Made by a program: the position numbers and the translations under genes. 64,000 nt of DNA from NCBI RefSeq assembly GCF_030684315.1, contig NC_081399.1:9162113-9226112 (forward strand). Direction: 5' to 3'. This document shows positions 1-9,755 of the stretch, piece after piece (the first letter of the stretch is position 1; each line of letters opens with the position of its first letter). The stretch is from Stegostoma tigrinum. Its lineage: Eukaryota. A model generated the notes under the pieces. That model was not told the origin of the DNA. It searched no databases and worked only from the letters and a program-made list of their open reading frames with translations.

Positions 1-375
1 GGGGTTTCGAAGGTGCTCCCTGAGGATCTTTGGTGAATTTCTGCAGAGCATCTTGTAGATGGTACACACTGCTGCGACTGAGCGTCGGGGGGTGGGGGAG
101 GGAGTGGGATGTTTGTGGATGCGGTGCCAATCGAGCGGGGGCTGCTTTGTCCTGGATGGTGTCGAGCTTCTCGAGTGTTTTTGGAGCTGCCCCCATCCAG
201 GGGCAAGTGGGGAGTATCCCATCCCACTCCTGCCTTGTGCCTTGTAGATGGTGGGACAGGATTTGGGGGGAGACAGGACGGGAGTTACTCGCTGCAGGAT
301 TCCCAGCCTTTGAGCTGCTCTTGTAGCCGCTGTGTTTATGTGGTGAGTCCAGGAGCGTTTTGTTGCTACGAGACG
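1..375 (-). mobile_element. Degenerate LINE 3' RT fragment (CR1/L2/Crack-like)
   Basis: The reverse complement gives a decayed SLxxRRSVAAVCTIYKM-type segment typical of LINE ORF2 C-termini; frameshifted. Confidence 0.55.
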
Positions 376-384
376 GTAAGGGGA

Positions 385-1089
385 ACTGTTGGTGTGGGGT
401 TTAGGATAGACACTGACCTGTTGGTGTGGGGTTTAGGATAGACACTGACCTGTTGGTGTGGGGTTTAGGATAGACACTGACCTGTTGGTGTGGGGTTTAG
501 GATACACACTGACCTGTTGGTGTGGGGTTTAGGATAGACACTGACCTGTTGGTGTGGGGTTTAGGATACACACTGACCTGTTGGTGTGGGGTTTAGGATA
601 CACACTGACCTGTTGGTGTGGGGTTTAGGATACACACTGACCTGTTGGTGTGGTGTTTAGGATAGACACTGACCTGTTGGTGTGGGGTTTAGGATAGACA
701 CTGACCTGTTGGTGTGGGGTTTAGGATATACACTGACCTGTTGGTGTGGGGTTTAGGATACACACTGACCTGTTGGTGTGGGGTTTAGGATACACACTGA
801 CCTGTTGGTGTGGGGTTTAGGATACACACTGACCTGTTGGTGTGGGGTTTAGGATAGACACTGACCTGTTGGTGTGGGGTTTAGGATAGACACTGACCTG
901 TTGGTGTGGGGTTTAGGATACACACTGACCTGTTGGTGTGGGGTTTAGGATAGACACTGACCTGTTGGTGTGGGGTTTAGGATACACACTGACCTGTTGG
1001 TGTGGGGTTTAGGATAGACACTGACCTGTTGGTGTGGGGTTTAGGACCGACACTGACCTGTTGGTGTGGGGTTTAGGATACACACTGAC
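385..1089 (-). repeat. 32-bp minisatellite (~22 copies) in the gene A intron after the IgC2 exon
   Basis: Unit on the - strand is GTCAGTGTSTATCCTAAACCCCACACCAACAG; the period of 32 can be read directly. Confidence 0.97.
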
Positions 1090-1380
1090 CTTCCTGTGAT
1101 TTTGTGCAGGGTGTCTCTATCCTGAACTCAGCGCTCTCCTCACTGACAGGGTTCCACACTGTACAGCGATAGTGGATGGACTGAGACCGTCCCACTGACA
1201 CTTCCAGCTCCCCTGGGTTCCCAGAGACCTGCTCCATCGGCCCATCATTCACATTGGACCCCAGCCACGTCCAGGTATAGTGAATGTGACTTCCACTGCC
1301 CACAGAGCACCGCAGAGTCACATTACACCTCTCAGCTGAGACGTTCTCTATCAGCTCCATGGTGGGCACAGACACAGGCT
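1090..1380 (-). CDS. CD2/SLAM-family gene A, IgC2 exon
   Basis: Acceptor ttcacacag|AG and donor G|GTCAGT, phase 1/1. Protein EPVSVP..CNVTLRCSVGSG..YTW..YRCTVWNPVS..PC has the four-Cys SLAM C2 pattern. Confidence 0.92.
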
Positions 1381-1439
1381 CTGTGTGAACAAGGAAAGGC
1401 TGTTAGTAACCTCCAGAAACATTCCTCTGTCTCTCTCTA

Positions 1440-2380
1440 CTCGAGACTCCACCCTCACTGTGGGACAGTGGCTCGGAGAGACTTCCCCCTCACTGCGGGA
1501 CACGGACAAAGAGAGACTTCCCCTCACTGAGGGGCAGGGACACAGAGAGACTCCCCCTCACTGAGGGACATGGACAGAGAGAAACTCCCCTTCACTGAGG
1601 GATAGGGGCTTGGAGAGACTCCCCCTCACTGAGGGACAGGGGCTTGGAGAGACTCCCCCTCACTGAGCGACAGGGGCACAGAGAGTCTCCCCCTCACTGT
1701 GGGTCAGGGGCACAGAGAGACTCCCCCTCACTGAGGGAGTGGGGCACAGAGAGACTCCCCCTCACTGAGGGACAGGGGCACAGAGAGACTCCCCCTCACT
1801 GAGGGAGTGGGGCACAGAGAGACTCCCCCTCACTGAGGGACAGGGGCACAGAGAGGCTCCCCCTCACTGAGGGACAGGGGCACAGGGAGACTCCCCTTCA
1901 CTGAGGGACAGGGTCACAGAGAGACTCCCCCTCACTGAGGGACAGGGACACAGACTTCCCCTCACTGAGGGACAGGGACACAGACTCCCCCTCACTGAGG
2001 GACAGGGACACAGAGAGACTCCCCCTCACTGAGGGACAGGGTCACAGAGAGACTCCCCCTCACTGAGGGACAGGGACACAGAGAGACTCCCCCTCACTGA
2101 GGGACAGGGGCACAGGGAGACTCCCCTTCACTGAGGGACAGGGTCACAGAGAGACTCCCCCTCACTGAGGGACAGGGACACAGACTCCCCCTCACTGAGG
2201 GACAGGGACACAGAGAGACTCCCCCTCACTGAGGGACAGGGACACAGACTCCCCCTCACTGAGGGACAGGGGCACAGGCCCCCCCCTCACTGAGGGACAG
2301 GGACACAGAGAGACTCCCCCTCACTGAGGGACAGAGACACGGACTCCCCCTCACTGAGGGAGAGGGGCACAGGGCCCTCT
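1440..2380. repeat. ~30-34-bp minisatellite (GAGACTCCCCCTCACTGAGGGACAGGGGCACAGA) filling gene A intron 2
   Basis: Direct tandem repetition. Confidence 0.95.
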
Positions 2381-2404
2381 CCAGCCTGTACTGAATAGAC
2401 TCAC

Positions 2405-2740
2405 CATAAACCTGGAGAGAAATCTCTTCTGTATAATCTTGTCTTGCTGTTACAGTAACTGTGTAAGTCCCTCCGTCACTGACCCGCAGGTTGTCTATCT
2501 GGAGGGTGTGGTTGTGGTGCAGTGTCGTTCTTCCTTCAAACTCAGTTTGTGGAAATATCTTTGATTTATTCTCACTGACATCAAATCGAGCGATGGGTAC
2601 CTGGAGAGATTCTACACTGAATTTCCAGGTGATTTCTGCACGCTGTGGGATCGGGTCGATTTCCACAAGTAACCAGACTGAGTGTCCCACGGTCCCGTTC
2701 ACAAGGAAATGTGGAATTTTAATATTCACTTCCCACTGAC
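2405..2740 (-). CDS. CD2/SLAM-family gene A, IgV exon
   Basis: Acceptor ccatttgaag|GT and donor TATG|GTGAGT, phase 1/1. Protein VNGTVGHSVWL..EITW..LQIDNLRVSDGGTYTVTV..LQVY is a V-set domain with no cysteines, as in CD2/SLAM. Confidence 0.92.
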
Positions 2741-2902
2741 CTTCAAATGGAAAAAATTATATGTGTTAGTATACCATGCCTCCCTCCTGATATCTCTCAG
2801 TTTTCTCTCTGAGGGTCTCCCAATGATACACTGGGGTGGGTGCCAGGGGGAGAGGGCAGGGAGCTGAGAGCAGGCAGACCCAGATGGGGGGGCTGGGCTC
2901 GG

Positions 2903-3560
2903 CCCTGAACCTGGATTAGGCCCTGAACCTGGATTAGGCCCTGAACCTGGATTAGGCCCTGAACCTGGATTAGGCCCTGAACCTGGATTAGGCCCTGAAC
3001 CTGGATTAGGCCCTGAACCTGGATTAGGCCCTGAACGTGGGTTAGGCCCTGAACCTGGATTAGGCCCTGAACCTGGATAAGATCCTGAATGTGGATTAGG
3101 CCCTGAATTTGGATTTGGCCCTGAGCCTGGATTAGGCCCTGAATGTGGATTAGAATCTGAACCTGGATTAGGCCCTGAACGTGGGTTAGGCCCTGAACGT
3201 GGGTTAGGCCCTGAACGTGGGTTAGGCCCTGAACCTGGATTAGGCCCTGAACCTGGATTAGGCCCTGAACCTGGATTAGGCCCTGAACCTGGATTACACC
3301 CTGAATGTGGATTAGGCCCTGAATCTGGATTAGGTTCTGAATCTGGATTAGGCCCTGAATCTGGATTAGGCCCTGAACCTGGATTAGGCCCTGAATCTCA
3401 AATCGGTCTTCAAACTAGATTCAGACTCGAATGGAGACTAGGTTTGAGACTGAAGTTGTCCCTAAATGTCGAGTTTGCCATGAATCTGGAGTAGGACGTG
3501 AATTTGGAACAGGCCTGGAATCTGGAGTGTTCCTGATCCTGGAGTAGACCCTAAGCCTGG
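2903..3560. repeat. 18-bp minisatellite CCCTGAACCTGGATTAGG, decaying towards 3560
   Basis: Direct tandem repetition. Confidence 0.93.
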
Positions 3561-3589
3561 AGGGTTACACAATTGGGAGAGATAGAATC

Positions 3590-6500
3590 AGGTTTATGGT
3601 TCAGGTTAGGGTTAGGAGCATGGTTAGGGTTAAGCTCACAGTTAGGATCAGGGGTAGAGACAGGTATAGGGTTAGGGTGAGGGATAGGGTTCAGGTTGGG
3701 GTTAGGGTTAGGGTTGGGTCAGGGTCCGGGATAGGGATAGGGTTCAGGTTAGGGATAGGGTTAGTGTTCGGCTTAGGGTTAGAGTTAGGGATAGGGTTAG
3801 AGTTAGGGTCAGGGATAGGGATAGGGTTCGGGTTAGGGTTAGGGTTAGGGATAGGGTTCGGGATAGAGTTTGGGATAGGGTTCGGTTTAGGGTTAGGGTT
3901 AGTGTTAGGGTCAGGGATAGGGATAGTGTTCGGCTTAGGGTTAGTGTTAGGGATAGGGTTAGGGACAGGGTTAGGGTTAGGGATAGGGTTAGGGTTAGGG
4001 TTAGGGTTAGGGTCAGGGATAGTGATAGGGTTTGGGTTAAGGTTTGGGATAGGGTTCGGTTTAGGGTTAGGGTTAGGGTTAGGGATAGGGTTAGCGTTAG
4101 GGTTATGGTTAGGGTTAGCATTAGGGTTCGGGTTCGGGTTAGGGTTTGGGGCTAGAGTTGCGGTTGGAGTTGGGTTTGGGGTTGAGGTTAGGGTTTGGGG
4201 TTGGGGTTGCAGTTGAGGCTGGGGTTTAGGTTGGGTTTCGGGTTGGGGTTGCGGTTGGGGTTGGGCTTAGGTTTAGGGTTGGGGTTTAGGGTTGTTGTGG
4301 GGTTTAGGGTTAGTGTTGGGGTTGGAGTTGGGCTTGGGTTGGGGTTGGGGTTGTGGTTAGGGTTTGGGGTTGGGGTTGGGTTTAGGGTTAGTGTTGGGGT
4401 CGGGGGTAGGGTTGGGGTTGGGTTGCGGTTGGGGTTGGGTTCCGGTTGGGGATGGGTTTGGGTTTGTGTTTAGGTTTGGGGTTTAGGGTTGGAGTTGGGT
4501 TTAGGGTTGGGGTTTAGAGTTAGGTTTGGGGTTGGGTTGGGGTTGGGTTTAGGGTTGGGATTGGGGTTGGAGTTGGGTTTAGGGTTTGGGTCGGGGCTAG
4601 GGTTAGGGTTAGGGTTAGGGTTGGGATTGAGGTTGGGGTTGGAGGTGGGATTGGGGTTGGGGTTGGGTTTAGGGTTTGTGTTGGTGTTGGGTTTAGGGTA
4701 GGGGTTGGGTTGGGGTTAGGATTAGGATTAGGGTTAGGGTTGGGATTGGTGTTAGGGCTNNNNNNNNNNNNNNNNNNNNNNNNNNNNNNNNNNNNNNNNN
4801 NNNNNNNNNNNNNNNNNNNNNNNNNNNNNNNNNNNNNNNNNNNNNNNNNNNNNNNNNNNNNNNNNNNNNNNNNNNNNNNNNNNNNNNNNNNNNNNNNNNN
4901 NNNNNNNNNNNNNNNNNNNNNNNNNNNNNNCGGGTTACGGTCAGGGTCGGGGTCCTGCGTAGGGTTGGGGTTGGGGTTGGTGTTGGGGTTGGGCTTGGGG
5001 TTGTGTTGTGGTTAGGGTTAGGGTTGGGGTTAGGGTTGGGGTTGGGTTGGGGTTTGGGTTGGGGTTAGGGCTTGGGTTTGGGTTCGGGTTAGGGTCAGGG
5101 TCAGGGTCGGGTTTAGGGTTGGGTTTGGGGTTGGGGTTGTGGTTGGGTTTGCGGTTGGTGTTGGGGTTGCGGTTAGGGTTTGGGTTTGGGTTGGGGTTGG
5201 GTTTGGGTTGGGGTTGGGTTTTGGGTTGGGGTTGGGGTTAGGGTTAATGTTGGGGTTGGGGTTAGGGTTGGGGTTGGGTTTAGGGTTGGGGTTGGGGTTG
5301 GGTTTAGGGTTGGGGTTGGGGCTAGTGTTGGGGTTGGGTTGGGGTTGGGGTTGATTTTAGGGTTGGGGTTGGGTTTGGGGTTAGGGTTAATGTTGGGGTT
5401 GGGGTTAGGGTTGGGTTTGGGGTTGGGGTTGGGTTGGGGTTGGGTTGGGGTTAGGATTAGGATTAGGGTTAGGGTTTGGGTTGGGGTTGGTGTTAGGGCT
5501 TGGGTTTGGGTTTGGGTTAGGGTCAGGGTCAGGGTCGGGGTTGGGTTTAGGGTTGGGGTTGGTGTTGGGTTTAGGGTTGGGGTTGGGTTGGGGTTGGGTT
5601 GGGGTTAGGATTAGGATTATGGTTAGGGTTAGGGTTGGGGTTGGTGTTAGGGCTTGGGTTTAGGTTCGGGTTACGGTCAGGGTCGGGGTCTGGTTTAGGG
5701 TTGGGGTTGGTGTTGGAGTTGCGGTTGGGCTTGGGGTTGGGTTGTGGTTAGGTTCGGGTTACGGTCAGGGTCGGGGTCTGGTTTAGGGTTGGGGTTGGTG
5801 TTGGGGTTGGGGTTGGGCTTGCGGTTGGGTTGTGGTTAGGGTTAGGGTTGGGGTTGGGGTTGGGGTTTGGGTTGGGTTTGGGGTTGGGGTTGGGGTTGGG
5901 GTTAGGGCTTGGGTTTGGGTTCGGGGTTGGGTTTAGGGTTGGGTTGTGGTTAGGGTTAGGGTTGGGGTTGGGGTTGGGTTTAGGGTTGGGGTTGGGGTTG
6001 GGTTTAGGGTTGGGGTTGGTGTTCGGGCCTGGGTTTGGGTTTGGGTTAGGGTCGGGGTCGGGTTTAGGGTTGGGGTTGGGGTTGGGCTTGGGGTTGGGTT
6101 GTGGCTCGCGTTAGGGTTGGGGTTGGTGTTGGGGTTGTGTTGGGGTTGTGTTGGGATTTGGGTTGGGTTTGGGGTTGGGGTTGGGGTTAGGGCTTGGGTT
6201 TAGGTTCGGGTTACGGTCAGGGTCGGGGTCTGGTTTAGGGTTGGGGTTGGTGTTGGGGTTGGACTTGGGCTTGGGGTTGGGTTGTGCTTAGGGTTAGGGT
6301 TGGGGTTGGGGTTGGGGTTTGGGTTGGATTTAGGGTTGGGGTTGGGGTTAGGGCTTGGGTTTGGGTTTGGGTTTGGGTTAGGATCAGGGTCAGGGTCGGG
6401 TTTAGGGTTGGGTTTGGAGTTGGGGTTGTGGTTGGGTTTGCGGTTGGTGTTGTGGTTAGGGTTAGGGTTTGGGTTGGGGTTGGGGTTGGGTTTGGGTTGG

Positions 6501-7222
6501 GATTGGGGTTAGGTTTTGGGTTGGGGTTGGGGTTAGGGTTAATGTTGGGGTTGGGGTTGGGTTTGGGGTTGGGGTTGGGTTTAGGGTTGGGGTTGGGCTA
6601 GGGTTGGGGTTGGGCTAGGGTTGGGGTTGGGTTGGGGTTGGGGTTGAGTTTAGGGTTGGGTTTGGNNNNNNNNNNNNNNNNNNNNNNNNNNNNNNNNNNN
6701 NNNNNNNNNNNNNNNNNNNNNNNNNNNNNNNNNNNNNNNNNNNNNNNNNNNNNNNNNNNNNNNNNNNNNNNNNNNNNNNNNNNNNNNNNNNNNNNNNNNN
6801 NNNNNNNNNNNNNNNNNNNNNNNNNNNNNNNNNNNNNNNNNTGGGGTTGGGTTTATTGTTGGGGTTTAGGGTTAGGGTTGGGGTTGCATTGGGGTTAGGG
6901 TTGGGTTTAGGGTTGGGGTTGTGGTTAGGGGTTGGGTTGGGGTTGGGGTTGGTGTTGGGTTGGGGTTGGGTTTCGGGTTGGGGTTGGGTTTAGGGTTGGG
7001 GTTGTGGTTAGGGTTTGGGGTTGGGTTTGGGGTTGGGGTTGGGTTGGGGTTGGGGTTGGGGTTGGTTTTAGGGTTGGGGTTGGGTTGGGGTTGGGTTTCG
7101 GGTTGGGTTTAGGGTTGGGTTTGGGGTTGGGTTGGGGTTGGGGTTGGGTTTAGGGTTGGGGTTGTGGTTAGGGTTTGTGGTTGGGGTTGGGTTGGGTTGG
7201 GGTTTGGGGTTAGGGTCAGGGT
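3590..7222 (+). repeat. Degenerate interstitial telomere-like array (TTAGGG/TTGGGG/ATAGGG/TCAGGG) with two N gaps
   Basis: 6-bp period with runs of perfect GGGTTA; assembly gaps at about 4760-4930 and 6666-6841. Confidence 0.93.
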
Positions 7223-7258
7223 CGGAGGAAGGTTGCGAGTAGAAATCTATTATATATT

Positions 7259-9755
7259 ATGGTGGGGAAAGAAGGTCAGTGGGGAGCCCCTGGGTCTCTC
7301 ATCGATCAATATGTGACAGATAGACACTCACTCATTAAGCAGATGAGAAAAGGGGGATGGGGCCTGTCCCAGGCCCTGGAACAACAGCAAAATTGCCTCC
7401 GAGGCCAGAAGAAAGGCAGGATTGTGAATGTTCTTTTAATACATCAATTGGCCGGCCTTATAACGGAAACATCCGAGTCCACCGAAAGGTGGACAGAGGA
7501 AAAGAGGATCCGAGAATCACAGATCAGAGAGCTAGAAAAAAGGAGCCAGGTTTTAGCAGAAGGCCAGTGGGGGCCACCACCCTCATACTATCCCAAAGAG
7601 GGGCCAAATGCTCCAGACTGGAGTCTAAGTGAGGAAGCAAACCTCACCCCAGTAACCCGGGGTGGGACCCTGGCAAACCCTAGCGGGAGGTATCACCCCT
7701 TCACACCCAGAGACAGGCAGCAGGTCTTGGCCTCCCTGGGAAGATTACAACCTCAAAGCACAAATGCTGTGTTCTGAGGTGAGTCAGGCACCATCTCGGG
7801 GGGGCACCAACTACACTGAGGAGACACACATCAACTCGTTCAGGGGGCATGTCCACAAGGTAAGTGGCGATGGATGGGGGATGGTTCTGGTCAGGCTAAC
7901 GCTGCAGGCCAGGCCAGGCACGATTCCCGAGGTGGATGGTGGGTGTATGGTGTAGAGTTAACAGCAGAAAGAGGCCACACGAGCAAACCTTCAATCGCTT
8001 CAAACCTGAAGCCCGAAGGGCCCTGGGGAATGCCGTACTGACTGGTCTAAGATCACAATCACTAAACAACAGAAGGGAGAAGGGGCTTCGGAGTACGGAG
8101 AACAGTTGTTTAAGTTATCCCCAGAATGTTCCGGGGTGCCGGAGGCAATTCGAACAGATAGGGTTTTTATACAGGAATTCAAAGATGGGCTATCACCTGC
8201 CCACCGGGCAATTCCGAAAATGGGCGTAATTGCCACAAGAGATTATGAGGAATTGGGAGAATGGGCATCTGGGATAACGGAGGGATGGGAGGACAACCCA
8301 CTGTCCGTATCAGACAGGGAATCGTGGGTGCCGCGACAAGGATAAAACTGAAAGTCACTTGTCATTCCTGTGGTAAGAAAGGGCACTAGGCTGGAGAATG
8401 TAGAGCCCCCAGACAGAACAAAGGGAGACCTGGGGGGATCTGCCAATGTTGTGGCAAACAGGGCCTCTCAGAGAGCAGCTGCTGGGAGAAACACGGCCAG
8501 CCACTAACAGCCACTCCTGACAAGGAAAGGGGCTGCCACGTTGCTCCAAGCCGTGTGGGACAGGTCGGATGTCCAAGATGAACAAAGGGACTTGGAGCTT
8601 AGTCCCGAGGTCCCACGGGCAGGTCGCAGGGTGAAGGTAAAGACCTTACCCAGTGAACCTGGGTTTGCCCCGAAATGGAAAGGCCCCGATGAAGTTATCA
8701 TCACCTGCATCGATACGTCTGGAAACATTGGTCCCAACTTAAAGAATGTGTGAACGCCACTTAAGATCTTATATGATACATTTGCTTCACAGAGCGACCC
8801 TTTCCTAGACCTCCAAGCAGATTGATTGGGACTGCCGAAGCTGCGTGAGGGCGGGGTAGCTTTTGGAACATTGTTAACTTTGAGAAATAAGACTTTGTGA
8901 CATTTAGCAATGATTAATCTGCCATCCTCTGTCACACACTTTCTCACAGTGCCCTGTCTCATTGCGTTTGGGTCTGGAGAGTGACTTGTTCTGCAAGACC
9001 CACGTACATCTGCACAGTAAGATAACAAAATGTGAGGCTGGATGAACACAGCAGGCCAAGCAGCATCTCAGGAGCATCTGCAGTTCCCATTATCTCTGAT
9101 ACATCTGCACAGTGACAGGACCGTGTGCTCCCCGCTGGCACGGTCAGCGGAGGTGTTGTTCACAGCCAGCCCCGGGTGGACCCCCTTTAACCTCCAGACG
9201 CACCCTGTGTGGGCCAAACCGGTAAATACCGACGAGGAACACCAGGGAGATGTGGAGAGCTGATAAACTCAAATAGGGTACAGTCCCCCAGCTGTACAGG
9301 AACTCGGGGAAAGGACCACACAACATGCTCGAACCCGCTAAGTTCCCCGCATTGCTTCTCAGGACAGGGAGGGTGTGAGTGCATATGCTCTAGTCCCTAA
9401 GGACGCCTCCTGTGCGCGGATGCAGTGCCCCTGCCAGCCTTGCCAAGCGAACAACAGCCCGTTTACGTGCACTTGTGATGAGCAACGATGTCTGAACGTG
9501 ACTGCAGGTGGACGGTTTAGTTGTGGACAGTGCGACGGGATCCATGTTAGTTCACCCACCTGGACGTAGCCATTTGACACCTACCCACTGGTGGGGTCAG
9601 GCGGGGACTGCAGCCAGCCCAGGAACTGGTGCCACAAACAGTTCACGCAGAGGAATAATCAGGAGCTCCAATGCTATCGAGCCAAGGAAGGCTTTGCGTT
9701 CCTCCTGAATGGGACCTTCACAACAGCCAGCCCGACCCTCCCAGTCCTCTCTGCA
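7259..9755 (+). mobile_element. Endogenous retrovirus-like remnant (gag, integrase C-terminus, env-like), most of pol deleted
   Basis: gag-like PPPSY, YHPFTPRD and FIQEFKDGLSP; integrase GPY/F-type FAPKWKGPDEVIIT at ~8660-8705; then a hydrophobic segment (MINLPSSVTHFLTVPCLIAFG) and Cys-rich frames. Stops and frameshifts throughout; no LTR recognised. Confidence 0.65.
9019..9099. mobile_element. Internally inverted fragment of a Penelope-tail short element with 14-bp TSD
   Basis: TACATCTGCACAGT at 9005-9018 and 9100-9113; the insert matches the element at 45762-45890. Confidence 0.85.

Noticed and set aside
385-1089. CRISPR-like 32-bp repeats
   Set aside because: No spacers, eukaryotic intron, no cas genes.
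3596-7153. Gly-Leu / Val-Arg / Leu-Thr dipeptide ORFs
   Set aside because: These are translations of telomeric hexamers; no splice or coding evidence.
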